Positions 1-9,325 of a DNA stretch of 64,000 bases are shown one piece after another. The notes beneath the pieces were generated by a model. It worked only from the letters and a program-made list of their open reading frames with translations. It was not told where the DNA came from and did not search any database. Within the stretch, counting starts at the first letter, position 1. Every line of letters starts with the position of its first letter. The stretch is from Polyangiales bacterium (GTDB lineage: Bacteria > Myxococcota_A > Polyangia > Polyangiales > Ga0077539). The stretch is taken from contig JBGARZ010000004.1 of the NCBI GenBank assembly GCA_044229975.1, positions 384,001 to 448,000 of the forward strand, given 5' to 3'. The position numbers and the translations under genes were made by a program.

Positions 1-558
1 CGTGACGGGGCGATGCTCGTGCTGGGGGGCGGCGACACCAACGCCTTCACCGGCCCCTTCCTGGGCGACGCGTGGCGCCTCGACGTCGCGCTCGGGCAGT
101 GGTCGCGGCTGGACCTCTCCGGCGACGCGGACGAACTCGGTGGGCGCATCAGCCACGCCCTGGTCGCGCGCGAGGGCGGCTGGGTGACCGTCGGCGGCCA
201 TGACGACGGTGCGCTGGGCAACCGCAACGACGTGCTCGCGCTCACGGACGACGGCGTGGTCACCCGGAGCCGCGTGGGCGACACGCTACAGACGCCGGGC
301 AACGGGTTCTGCGACTTCCCCGCGGACTTCGCGGCGATCGACGACACCTCCCCGGAGCGCCGCAGCGCCTTCGTGCTGGCCGTCGATGCGCCACGGCAGC
401 GGGCGATCGTCTACGGCGGCAAGACCGACTGCGGAACCGCCAGCGACCTCTGGTCACTCGACCTGCGAACGCTGACGTGGACGGTGCTCCGGGCCGCCAC
501 CGACGGCCTGTCGTGCGGCCGCACCGGGCGCGAGCGCTGCGTCGGCCTCTGCGGCTGA
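1..558 (+). CDS. Kelch-repeat (beta-propeller) protein, C-terminal part, truncated by the window edge
   Basis: Frame open from base 1; repeated GG...D.W.L.L....W kelch units (VLGGGD..GDAWRLDV..QWS; VYGGK..SDLWSLDLRTLTW). Confidence 0.7.
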   Translation, partial: RDGAMLVLGGGDTNAFTGPFLGDAWRLDVALGQWSRLDLSGDADELGGRISHALVAREGGWVTVGGHDDGALGNRNDVLALTDDGVVTRSRVGDTLQTPGNGFCDFPADFAAIDDTSPERRSAFVLAVDAPRQRAIVYGGKTDCGTASDLWSLDLRTLTWTVLRAATDGLSCGRTGRERCVGLCG

Positions 559-615
559 CGCTCCGTCGAACGGGCTGATCCCGCTGGAGCGGTCAGCAGC
601 TCCGACGCCCCGGCG

Positions 616-927
616 CTATCCGACGAACGCGACGCCCTCGCGCAGGAGGTCGAGCCATCGCTGCCGGTCGGGGGTCGGCACCGAGAGCCACTCCCTGAAC
701 ACCCTTCCCGCCGGAGCGAAGTCCTGGCCGACGCCGGCCGCGATGAGCGCCGCGACGCGGGCCTTCGGCAGCTTCACCACCAGCCCCGACCCCTTGTAGT
801 CGACCAGCGCCAGGAACTCCTTCCCGACGCGGAGGCAGCGGCCGTTCATGATGGTGCCCTCGACGACGCGAGGGTCGGCGGCTCGAAGCTCGGCTGCGAG
901 CTCCCAGAAGAGTTCTTCGTCGGTCAC
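616..927 (-). CDS. Small hypothetical protein (TfoX-N/YjbR-like fold possible)
   Basis: C-terminal 103 aa of ORF 616..2061; GTG at 927 with GAGGA upstream, GTGA overlap with the sigma-factor stop; GLVVKLP...FREW pattern. Confidence 0.6.
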   Translation of the reverse strand: MTDEELFWELAAELRAADPRVVEGTIMNGRCLRVGKEFLALVDYKGSGLVVKLPKARVAALIAAGVGQDFAPAGRVFREWLSVPTPDRQRWLDLLREGVAFVG

Positions 928-2195
928 GTCGTTGTCCTCATGGTGGTGGTGTCGATGCCTCCGAGCGCCTCGATCCGTCCGCGGATCTGGGCCCGCTCGT
1001 GAGCGTTGCGCGCGGCCTGCTCGGCCCGTCGCAGCGACGACCGCGCCTCCTCCTGGTGCCCCATCTCCGCGAGGAGCGTTCCACGCACGACGTGGACGTA
1101 GGGGCAACCAGCCGGGTCGACGGTGGCGTCGCGCTCCAAGAGGCGCAGCCCCGCCGCGGGACCCCGGGCGCGCGCGACCGCGAAGGCCCGGTTGACGCGC
1201 ACCGTCGGCGTCGGACGGTGGCCTTCGAGGAGCGCGTAGAGGTCCGCGATCTCCATCCACTCCGTGTCTTCCGCGCGGCGCGCGCGGCAGTGCACGGCGG
1301 CGATCGCGGCCTCGATCTGGTGCGGTCCCGGCCGCCCGAGGGCGAGCGCGCCGTCGAGGATCGTGGTCGCGGCGACGATCGCCTCCCGGTCCCAGCGCCC
1401 GCGGTCCTGCGCGGGAAGCGGAACCGACTCGCCGTTGCGATCGCTTCGCGCGCCGCGACGCGCGTCGTGGAGCAGCACGAGCGAGAGGAGCCCCGCCGCC
1501 TCGGCCTCGTCGGGAAACGCGGCGACGGTCGAGCGCGCGAGCCCGATCGCGAGGCGACACAGGTCGGCCCGGATGGGGGCGTCGTCGCGCGCCGACCAGT
1601 AGCCCTCGTTGAAGAGCAGGTGGATCGTGCGCAGCACCGCGGCGATGCGATCGCGGCCGTCGCCCGCCGCCACGCCGTCGCAGTCGCCCCGCTCGCGCAG
1701 CCGGGAGCGCGCCCGCGCGAGGCGCTGCTCGACCGCGCGCGGTGCGACGAGGAAGGCCGCCGCGATCTCCAGCGTCGACAGCCCCACCACCGTCGCCAGC
1801 GCGAGCGCCGCGCTCTCGCCCTCGTCGAGCACCGGGTGGCAGCAGGCGAAGAGGAGACCGAGGAGCTCGTCCTTCCACCCCCGCGCGACGGCCTCGTCGG
1901 CCACGGCGACGCGCGCCCACGGGCTCCATTGTGCGAGGGTCTCCAGGGCGTCCTCGCGGGGCGCCTCTCGTCGCCCCCGCCGAAGACGGTCGCGGTGGCA
2001 GTTGGTCGCGACGGTCACCAGCCACGCTTCGGGAGAGTCGGGAGCGCCGCGCTCGGCCCATCCCCGCAGCGCGCGCTCGACCGCGTCGTGCACGGCGTCC
2101 TCCGCGTCGGGGACGCTGCGGGTGAGCCTCAGCGTCTTCGCGAGCACGCGGGGGTAGAGCAGACGCAGCGCCTCCGCGTGCGCGGCCGGGCTCAC
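924..2195 (-). CDS. ECF RNA polymerase sigma factor with C-terminal extension (DUF6596 type)
   Basis: DAEDAVHDA...AWL region 2, LLFACCHP, LFNEGY, QIEAAIAAVH; GTG start overlaps the YciI stop, the usual pairing. Confidence 0.85.
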   Translation of the reverse strand: MSPAAHAEALRLLYPRVLAKTLRLTRSVPDAEDAVHDAVERALRGWAERGAPDSPEAWLVTVATNCHRDRLRRGRREAPREDALETLAQWSPWARVAVADEAVARGWKDELLGLLFACCHPVLDEGESAALALATVVGLSTLEIAAAFLVAPRAVEQRLARARSRLRERGDCDGVAAGDGRDRIAAVLRTIHLLFNEGYWSARDDAPIRADLCRLAIGLARSTVAAFPDEAEAAGLLSLVLLHDARRGARSDRNGESVPLPAQDRGRWDREAIVAATTILDGALALGRPGPHQIEAAIAAVHCRARRAEDTEWMEIADLYALLEGHRPTPTVRVNRAFAVARARGPAAGLRLLERDATVDPAGCPYVHVVRGTLLAEMGHQEEARSSLRRAEQAARNAHERAQIRGRIEALGGIDTTTMRTTT

Positions 2196-2554
2196 GGGCC
2201 CCGCCGCCAGGTCACGGGGCGCACCTCGACGACGTGCGAACGATCGGGACAGAGCCGCCGCGCCCGCGCGATGGCCTCGTCCTCGCTCGCGCAGTCGACG
2301 ACGTAGAAGCCGACGAGCCACTCCTTCGTCTCGATGTACGGACCGTCGGTCACCTCGTGCGCCCCCACGCCGGGTCGTACGGTGCGCGCCGTCGGGGCGT
2401 CGTCGAGGCGGGCGACGAGGTGCAGCTCGCCGCGCGCCGACGCCTCGGCCTGGACCGCGCGGTGACCCGCGAGCGCCGCCCGCTCCTCGAGCTCCGGGAT
2501 GGGCTCCGACGGGGGCGCCATGCGGTAGATGAGCAGCGCGTAGGTCACCATCAC
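2192..2554 (-). CDS. YciI/DGPF-domain protein
   Basis: VTDGPYIETKEWLVGFYVVDC...VEVRPV signature. Confidence 0.9.
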   Translation of the reverse strand: MMVTYALLIYRMAPPSEPIPELEERAALAGHRAVQAEASARGELHLVARLDDAPTARTVRPGVGAHEVTDGPYIETKEWLVGFYVVDCASEDEAIARARRLCPDRSHVVEVRPVTWRRGP

Positions 2555-2626
2555 GTGGGCGCGACGATACCAGCGCGCTCGGGCGGGGCGTCGAACGACA
2601 CCACGTTGCGCGGCGTCGTCATCGCT

Positions 2627-2965
2627 TCATGCCTTCTGCCAGAGGGCGATCGCGGCGCCCCCGGGGTCGCGCACGACGACGAACTCGCCGGCCGGCCCAC
2701 GTGTCTTCGGCGCGATGATCTGGGCGCCCAGCCCGACGGCCTTCGTACTGGCGGCGTCGACGTCGTCGACCTGGACGTAGGGGAGCCACGCCGTCGCGCC
2801 GTCCTCCGTGGGGCGGAGGCTGGCGAAGGGGCCCTTCTCGCCGACGAACATCGTCATGCCCCCGGGGCCCTCGGTGGTCTTCCACCCGAGGAGCCCCTCG
2901 TAGAAGGCCGTCGATTCGGTGGGCTTGCTGCTGCTGTTGTGAAACCAGACGAACGCGTCGGACAT
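2627..2965 (-). CDS. VOC/glyoxalase family protein
   Basis: MSDAFVWF..FYEGLLGW..WLPYVQVDDVDA..RDPGGAAIALWQ; AAGGAG RBS. Confidence 0.9.
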   Translation of the reverse strand: MSDAFVWFHNSSSKPTESTAFYEGLLGWKTTEGPGGMTMFVGEKGPFASLRPTEDGATAWLPYVQVDDVDAASTKAVGLGAQIIAPKTRGPAGEFVVVRDPGGAAIALWQKA

Positions 2966-3108
2966 GGACCTCTCCTTCGAGGACGGGCTCCCGGGATGGG
3001 GCCTCGTGAGGGGAGACGTCCGGGGTCGACCGACTACGACAGGGGGTCGCGACGATTTCTGGGGAGCACCCGGACGCCGCCCTCGCACCTCGAAGCTCCG
3101 GTGGCGAG

Positions 3109-3444
3109 CTACGGCTTGCCGAACAGGCCCTTGAGATCGTCGACGATGCGACGTGCGAGGGCCTTTCCTGCGGGTGAGATCCGCGTCCAGGGGACGCCTT
3201 CCAGGGTCGCCACGACCCCGACGACGGCGTTGACGTTGAGGCGTTCGGGGAAGCGCTCGACGTAGCGGCGGCACACCTCGTCGGCGCCGAGGCGCTCGAT
3301 CTGGTCGACGGTCGTGATGCCGAGGGCGGCGAACTCGGGGAGGGTCACGGGCCCGAAGTTCACGACGTCGGCGAGGGGCGTCGGTTCGCCGGGTCGTCGT
3401 TGGGCGAGCGCGCGGGTCCGTGCGTCGGGTCGCTTCGTGGTCAC
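3109..3444 (-). CDS. TfoX C-terminal-like helix-hairpin-helix protein
   Basis: NFGP....FAALGITTVDQIERLGA...ATLEGVPW pattern. Confidence 0.6.
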   Translation of the reverse strand: MTTKRPDARTRALAQRRPGEPTPLADVVNFGPVTLPEFAALGITTVDQIERLGADEVCRRYVERFPERLNVNAVVGVVATLEGVPWTRISPAGKALARRIVDDLKGLFGKP

Positions 3445-4229
3445 CGCGCACGCTCCCGGAAGAACGCGGCGCTGGCCTCATCCGCCGGGAACATGAGCTC
3501 GACCCGCAGCTCCGACGCCGTGACCTCGACGGCCGTGTCGAAGCGGAGCACGGTGGAGACCGTACGGACGAGGCGTCCGCCGATGCGAAACCGGGGACAG
3601 ACGACCGGCAGATCCGTCGGGGCCGGGCGCTCGGCGGGGAGCGCGTGCTCCGCATGGGCCTCGGCGCGACGCAGCAACGCGAGCACCTCGGGGTCGGCCG
3701 TCTGCCGTGCCTCGCGGCGCAGGCTGTCGACGCCCGCCCACGCAACGTCCTCCCAGTTCTCGACCATCTCCCGGAAGGGCCCCGGCGCGAACCACAGGTC
3801 GATGACCGCCTCGGGCGCCATGGCGCAGAGTCCGGGGAAGAGCGCCTCCGCGGCCCGGTTCGCCGCGAGCGCCCGCAACCCGCGTGCGTAGACCCACGCC
3901 GGAAAGGGGTCGTGGGTGCGAAGCACGCGCTCGATGACGTCCGCGATGGGTTGCATCGCCGCCGCCGAGAGCGCGTGCGCGGGATACTCAGGGGCGAGCC
4001 CCGCGGCGCTCAGCAGCGCGTTGCGCTCGCGAATGGGTACGTCGAGCGCGGCGGCGAGGCGAAGCACCAGATCCCTGCCAGGTCGAGAGCGGCCCGTCTC
4101 CAGGAACGAGAGGTGGCGCGGGGTGGTGCCCGCCTGGGTCGCGAGGAGGAGCTGCGAGAGGCCGCTCCGTCCCCGCCAGTGACGCAGATGCTGTCCGAAT
4201 GGGTTCGACGGTCGGGTGTCCTTCGCCAT
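3441..4229 (-). CDS. XRE-family HTH regulator with MmyB-type ligand-binding domain
   Basis: FGQHLRHWR..LSQ..RHLSFLETGRSRP; HDPFPA; ELRVELMFPAD. Confidence 0.9.
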   Translation of the reverse strand: MAKDTRPSNPFGQHLRHWRGRSGLSQLLLATQAGTTPRHLSFLETGRSRPGRDLVLRLAAALDVPIRERNALLSAAGLAPEYPAHALSAAAMQPIADVIERVLRTHDPFPAWVYARGLRALAANRAAEALFPGLCAMAPEAVIDLWFAPGPFREMVENWEDVAWAGVDSLRREARQTADPEVLALLRRAEAHAEHALPAERPAPTDLPVVCPRFRIGGRLVRTVSTVLRFDTAVEVTASELRVELMFPADEASAAFFRERAR

Positions 4230-4252
4230 CGCGGGACGGTATCGCGAGGGCG

Positions 4253-4651
4253 TCATCGACGGAGTGCGACGAGCATCATCGCGAGGCCGACCCAGCTCGC
4301 GACCCAGAGTGCCGAGCGCAGCCCGGGAACCCCCGAGAGGTACGCCGGCACGTACAGCACGCGCGCGACCAGGAACCACGCCGCGCCGACGCTCGCGGAC
4401 GCCGAGGGCGTGCGACCCGCCACGTGCAGGAGCGCGACCGTCAGGAAGACCGGCAGCGCCTCGTGAAGGTTGCCGAGCGCACGCTCGGCGCGGGACCCGA
4501 GGTGCGAAATCGGAGGTTGGACGTCGCGCGGCCCGAGCGCGATGCGGAGGCGTTCGCCGACGCCGGGGCCCGCGAAGAGATAGCGGAAGGACGCAGGAAG
4601 CAGCGTCTGCGCGACGAACAGAGCAAGGACAGCGAGGATCCATCGGGTCAT
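4253..4651 (-). CDS. MAPEG family membrane protein
   Basis: RAERALGNLHEALPVF...ARVLYVPAYLSGVP. Confidence 0.85.
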   Translation of the reverse strand: MTRWILAVLALFVAQTLLPASFRYLFAGPGVGERLRIALGPRDVQPPISHLGSRAERALGNLHEALPVFLTVALLHVAGRTPSASASVGAAWFLVARVLYVPAYLSGVPGLRSALWVASWVGLAMMLVALRR

Positions 4652-4774
4652 TCCCAGAGGATGCAGGGGGCGCGGAGCCACGCGCGATTCCCGAAGCGGG
4701 AGTCGCGCCGCGGATGACGCCCGCCGCTCGTCGTCCCGCGACGAAGGGGCGCGGGAAGGCCGCGCGGTGACGGG

Positions 4775-5557
4775 TCAGTGCCCGGCGGCCTCGTCCTCCA
4801 GCGCGACGAGGCGCGCGTCGATCTCCCCCAGCAGCTCCTCGGCGGCCTCGGCGCCGATGGCCCCCTCGCGGTGTGCGTGCTGCGCCGCGTCCTTCTCGAC
4901 GAGCAGGAGCTGCCGCGCCAGCGCGTGACGCTCCTCGCGCCGGAGCGCCTCGTGGGCGAGGTGCATCGCGCGCAGGTGCTCGTCGCTGGCCGCGAGCCGT
5001 TGGTTGTACTCGTCGCGGAGCTCGGTGAGCACCGCGTCGGACAGTCCGCCCTTCCCGGCCGCCTGCTGGAGCGCGGCGAGCGCGGCGGTCGTCGCGCGCT
5101 GCTCCCCCCGCACGACCTCGTAGCGAACCCGGTCGGTGCCCGCCGCGACGAGCCCGAGGCGCCGCAGCAGCGGGGCCATGGTGAGGCCCTGCCCCAGGAT
5201 GGACACCACCACCACGCCGAAGGTCATCGTCACGATCAGCTCGCGGTGCGGAAGCGACCGCGGCAGCGCCAGGGCGAGCACCATCGAAAGCCCCCCGCGC
5301 AGCCCGCCCCAGGTGAGCACCGCCGCCCACGACGCGGGGAAGCGCTCGCGGGTGCGCCGCAGCGCGAGGCCCACGAGCGCCACCACCACGCCCCGGGCGA
5401 TGGTCACGGCGACGAAGGCCACGAGGATGGGCCTCCAGGCGTGCAGCAGCGCGCCGAGGCGCACCTCGAAGCCGATGAGCAGGAAGACCACCGAGTTGAG
5501 CGCGAAGGCGACGTACTCCCAGAACGACTCCACCGCGAGGCGCGTCGACGGCGACAT
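4775..5557 (-). pseudogene. 5'-truncated duplicate of the CPA1 Na+/H+ antiporter (C-terminal 260 aa only)
   Basis: Near-identical to 21389..22171; begins at the internal Met (MSPSTRLAVESFWEY); lacks the TDP-motif N-terminal half. Confidence 0.85.
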
Positions 5558-5584
5558 GCGTGATCTCGACCAGTTCAACCGGTG

Positions 5585-5632
5585 GAGATGGCGGCCCGAC
5601 CATCCGTTGTCCTGCAACCAGCGGTTGCACCC
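5585..5632 (-). ncRNA. nhaA-I-like RNA motif (putative Li+-I riboswitch), copy 1
   Basis: Minus strand GGGTGCAACCGCTGGTTGCAGGACAACGGATGGTCGGGCCGCCATCTC, 5' of the antiporter ORF. Confidence 0.7.
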
Positions 5633-5737
5633 TGCCGTGGCGTCGGCGGGTCGTCCATCACGGCGGCGGGCGCGGCATGTCACCGCGTGCGTTTCCTTTG
5701 CGCGCGGCGCGCGTTCGGTGTTTGTCTCGACGCGCCG

Positions 5738-6217
5738 ATGCCACGACGTCACACGCGACCGCCGCAGCCCGGGAGGCGCCACGGGACGCCCTCCCCAGAG
5801 GCGATCGAGCCGATGCTGGCGCCGTGGGTGCCCGACCCGCAGGACCGTGCCTTCGTGGCCCGCTGCCTCGGCGACGAGGGCCCGCCGCACCACCGCGGAT
5901 CGACCCTCGCGCTGCTGATGCTCCTGCAACGCGCCCTCGACCGCGTCCCGCCGGTCTCCACGGCCGCCCCAGCCGAGCCGATGGCGTCGCTCCCGCTCCG
6001 CGTCCCGCCGCACGTCCGCGAAGCCCTCGACCCCGACGAGCGCGAGTACCCGCTCGCGATGCCGACGGCGGCGCTGCGGCGCGCGTTCCCCGACGACAAC
6101 GACCTCGCCTTCGTGGCCGAGAGCCTCGCCGACGGGCCGCCCCACCACGCGCTCGCCAACGCGCTGATGGTGGCGATGCTCGACGAGCTGCTGCGCCGCC
6201 TCGGGGACGCGCCGTGA
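5738..6217 (+). CDS. Hypothetical protein with a duplicated GPPHH motif
   Basis: Coding-like GC3 bias; GTGA overlap with the next gene; start uncertain. Confidence 0.65.
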   Translation: MPRRHTRPPQPGRRHGTPSPEAIEPMLAPWVPDPQDRAFVARCLGDEGPPHHRGSTLALLMLLQRALDRVPPVSTAAPAEPMASLPLRVPPHVREALDPDEREYPLAMPTAALRRAFPDDNDLAFVAESLADGPPHHALANALMVAMLDELLRRLGDAP

Positions 6218-6852
6218 CCCCGCTGCCCCCGTCCCTCGGCCGCACCTTCGTGCTGGCCGCGGGCGAGCTCGGGTTCTTCTCCGCGTCGAAGATCTTCGTC
6301 CGCGAGACCGCCGAGGCCTACGGCCACGAAGGGGTGATGGCGCTCCGCGAGCAGCACGGCCGGGAGTACTCGGTGCTCGACGCGGTGGCGTCCTGTTACC
6401 TCGACACGGGCGCGACCCCGGAGCCCGACCCGGGCGCCGCGGCCGACGCCCTGCGCTCCGCCTCCCGCGTGCTCGTCGTCGGCCTGGAGGCCGACGCGCT
6501 CGACCGCCTCGCGCCGCTCCTCCCGCCGGTGCCGACGGGGCTCCTGCTCCAGCGCTCGATCGGCCCGGTGGACTGGGACCGCGTGCTCGCCAACTACGCC
6601 GGCCGCTTCGTCGGCGTCCCCTTCGACGACCTCCAGCGCTGGGCGGGCGCGCGCGCGGCGCTGCTGACCTTCGTCTACGGCACCGCCGGGTCCCTCGCCC
6701 ACGTCTCGTCCGAGTGGCTCCGGGTGCTCGGCCCGGACGTGCGCCCGCAGTTCCGCTCGCTCCTCGGATGGAACCTCCTTCCGACCGGCCCCGACGTGTA
6801 CCCGCGCTGGCTCGCGGACGTGAGCGTCGACACCTTCTCGGCGCTGGTGTAG
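6214..6852 (+). CDS. Hypothetical protein
   Basis: GTG at 6214 overlaps the upstream stop; ends 3 nt before the permease; globular composition. Confidence 0.7.
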   Translation: MTPLPPSLGRTFVLAAGELGFFSASKIFVRETAEAYGHEGVMALREQHGREYSVLDAVASCYLDTGATPEPDPGAAADALRSASRVLVVGLEADALDRLAPLLPPVPTGLLLQRSIGPVDWDRVLANYAGRFVGVPFDDLQRWAGARAALLTFVYGTAGSLAHVSSEWLRVLGPDVRPQFRSLLGWNLLPTGPDVYPRWLADVSVDTFSALV

Positions 6853-6855
6853 CCG

Positions 6856-8184
6856 ATGGCGCTCCGGCAGATCGTGCCGCCCGCCCTGCTGCTCGCCACC
6901 CTGGTCGCGCAGGCGCTGCTGCCCGATCTCCGGCTGCTGCTGGTGATGACGGGCGCGGCCCTGTGCTGCCTCGCCTGCTCGCTCACCGGCATCGCCACCA
7001 CCGAGGCGCTGCTCACCGAGGTCCCGTGGGGCGTGCTGGTCATCCTCGTGGGCCTCGGGCTGCTCGCCGAGCTCCTCGCGGCGGGCCAGGTGTTCGGCCC
7101 GCTCGCGGCGCGGGCGGCGCGGGCGAGCGGCGGGCACCCGCAGCGGCTGCGGCTCGCGTTCGCGGTCGGGATGTACGCGGTCTCCGGGCTGGTCAACAAC
7201 CTCACCGCGCTCGTGCTGGTGCTCCCGGTGCTGCTGGTGCTCCTGCGCGCTGGCGACGCGCGGCCCCGCACCGTGCAATGGACCGTCGGGACGCTCCTCG
7301 TCGCCTGCAACCTCGGCGGCGCAGCGACCCCCATCGGGGACTTCCCGGCCATCCTGCTGCTCTCGCGCGGGAGCATGCGCTTCGGCGACTACCTCGCGCG
7401 CGCCCTGCCCGCCACGGCCGTCGCGCTCGGGCTGCTCCTGGCCGCGGTCACGCTCCTCGCGCGGCCCGAGCGCAACGTGGCCGACGACCCGCTCGCGCGC
7501 CGCCTCTCGCTCGCCGTGACCGCCGCGCTGCACCGTCGCGTGAGGCCCTCGGTCGCGCTGGTGCGCCCCGCGCTCGCGGCCCTCGGCGCGATGCTCGCCG
7601 CGTGGACCTTCCTGCCCGAGCGCCTGCACGTCGGCCCGGCGCTCGTGTGCTGGGTCGGGGTGTGCGGCGCGCTGCTGGCCCGCGGCCGACAGGGCGAGCG
7701 CCTCGCGCGCACGAAGGTCGACGTCGAGGCCGTGCTCTTCCTGCTGGCGCTCTTCGTGATGGTGGCGGCGGTGCGCCGCGCGGGGGTCTTCGAGGCGCTC
7801 GGCGAGTGGCTGCTGCACCTCCCGCTGGCGCCGAGGGGCCGGCTGGTGGTGTTCCTCCTGCTCGCGGGCGTGCTCACGGGGCTGTTCTCCGCCGGGCCCG
7901 GCATGGCGGCGCTGCTCAACGTGGGCGAGGCGCTCACCCGCGAGCTCCCCGGCCCCGCGGTGTACGTCGGCCTGGCCCTCGCGGTGTGCGCCGGGAGCTC
8001 GCTCTTCCTCACCGCGGCGACGTCGGGGCCGCTCGCCCAGGCGCTCGTCGAGCGCGCCGACCTGCGCGACCAGGAGGGGCGCCCGGTGCGCTTCGGGTTC
8101 GTGTCGTTCCTGCCGGTGGGGCTGCTGTCCTTCGCCCTCATCGAGGGCGTGGCGATCGCCTACGGGATGCTCGCGACGCGATGA
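6856..8184 (+). CDS. ArsB/NhaD/SLC13 (IT superfamily) permease
   Basis: SGLVNNLTA, NLGGAATPIGDFPAIL motifs; many transmembrane segments. Confidence 0.85.
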   Translation: MALRQIVPPALLLATLVAQALLPDLRLLLVMTGAALCCLACSLTGIATTEALLTEVPWGVLVILVGLGLLAELLAAGQVFGPLAARAARASGGHPQRLRLAFAVGMYAVSGLVNNLTALVLVLPVLLVLLRAGDARPRTVQWTVGTLLVACNLGGAATPIGDFPAILLLSRGSMRFGDYLARALPATAVALGLLLAAVTLLARPERNVADDPLARRLSLAVTAALHRRVRPSVALVRPALAALGAMLAAWTFLPERLHVGPALVCWVGVCGALLARGRQGERLARTKVDVEAVLFLLALFVMVAAVRRAGVFEALGEWLLHLPLAPRGRLVVFLLLAGVLTGLFSAGPGMAALLNVGEALTRELPGPAVYVGLALAVCAGSSLFLTAATSGPLAQALVERADLRDQEGRPVRFGFVSFLPVGLLSFALIEGVAIAYGMLATR

Positions 8185-9155
8185 ACCCCTGGGTCGCTCT
8201 CACCGGCGGGGCCCTCCTGCTCTACTTCGGCGCCGAGTGGTTCGTCGGCGGCGCGTCGGCGCTGGCGCTGGCCTTCCGGGTGCCGCAGATCCTCGTCGGG
8301 CTCACGGTGGTCGCCTACGGCACCTCGGCGCCGGAGATCATCGTCGGGGTCCACGCCGCGCACGCGGGACACGGCGGCGTCGCGCTCGGCAACGTGGTCG
8401 GCTCCAACATCGCCAACGTCGGGCTCATCCTGGGCGCGGCCCTCCTCGTGCGCGCCGCCCGCGTCGACGGCGCCCTGCGCTCGCGCGAGCTGCCCGTGCT
8501 GATGGTCAGCACCGCGCTCGTCCCGCTGGCGCTGCTCGACGGGGTGGTGAGCCGCGTGGAGGGCGCCGCGATGCTCGCGCTGGCGGTGCTCTACACGGGC
8601 TGGATGGTCCGATCGTCGCGCTCCGCGTCGGCGGTCGCCGCGGCGGAGGCGGGCGCCGTGGCCGCCGAGGAGGCGTCCGACGCCGCGGGCGCGCCGAGCC
8701 CGGAGGGTCCGCGGAAGGCCGCGCTCACGGCCGCGGCAGGGCTCGGCGTGCTGCTCATCGGCGGCAACCTCTTCGTCGACGCGGCGGTGCTCGTGGCCCG
8801 CTCCCTCGGCATGAGCGAGCGCCTCGTGGGCCTCACCATCGTCGCCGTCGGAACCTCCCTCCCCGAGCTCGTCACCAGCGTCATCGCGGCGCGCCGCGGT
8901 CACTCCGACATCGCCATCGGCAACGTCGTCGGCTCCAACATCTTCAACGTCCTGCTCTGCCTGGGCGCCGCGTCCGCGGTGGCTCCCGTGCGGGCTTCGT
9001 TGGGCTCCATCGCCGTCGACCTCGTCGCGCTCGGCGGCATGACGGCGCTGATGGCGTGGTTCCTTCGGAGGGAGCAGACGCTGTCGAAGGCGGAGGGCGC
9101 CGTGGCGCTCGTCGGCTACGCGGCGTTCACGGTCATCGCGATCGCCCGGGGGTGA
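8181..9155 (+). CDS. Ca2+/Na+ antiporter (CaCA/YrbG family)
   Basis: Two alpha repeats GTSAPE..GNVVGSNIAN and GTSLPEL..GNVVGSNIFN; ATGA overlap. Confidence 0.95.
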   Translation: MNPWVALTGGALLLYFGAEWFVGGASALALAFRVPQILVGLTVVAYGTSAPEIIVGVHAAHAGHGGVALGNVVGSNIANVGLILGAALLVRAARVDGALRSRELPVLMVSTALVPLALLDGVVSRVEGAAMLALAVLYTGWMVRSSRSASAVAAAEAGAVAAEEASDAAGAPSPEGPRKAALTAAAGLGVLLIGGNLFVDAAVLVARSLGMSERLVGLTIVAVGTSLPELVTSVIAARRGHSDIAIGNVVGSNIFNVLLCLGAASAVAPVRASLGSIAVDLVALGGMTALMAWFLRREQTLSKAEGAVALVGYAAFTVIAIARG

Positions 9156-9249
9156 CGCGGGGGCGCCGACGCCCCGGGGCGTCGCGGGCCGATCCGTGAG
9201 CCCACCACCGATCGTGTGTGGTAGTGGCGTCATCACTTCCAACTCCCAC

Positions 9250-9296
9250 GGGTGCGGCCTCGGCCGCAGGACAACGGATGGTCGGGCCGCCATCTC
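9250..9296 (+). ncRNA. nhaA-I-like RNA motif (putative Li+-I riboswitch), copy 2
   Basis: GGGTGCGGCCTCGGCCGCAGGACAACGGATGGTCGGGCCGCCATCTC, 30 nt before nhaA; stem covaries with the other copies. Confidence 0.75.
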
Positions 9297-9325
9297 TACC
9301 GGCAACGTGACCGGCGAGAGCGACC

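Larger units (their letters stand above)
4771..5677. repeat. Direct-repeat copy of 21385..23129 with an internal deletion
   Basis: Direct comparison: same sequence with scattered SNPs; 835 bp missing between two GCGACATGC 9-mers. Confidence 0.9.

Noticed and set aside
4775..6148. 457-aa ORF as a full antiporter
   Set aside because: The part upstream of 5557 reads through the riboswitch and antisense of another gene.
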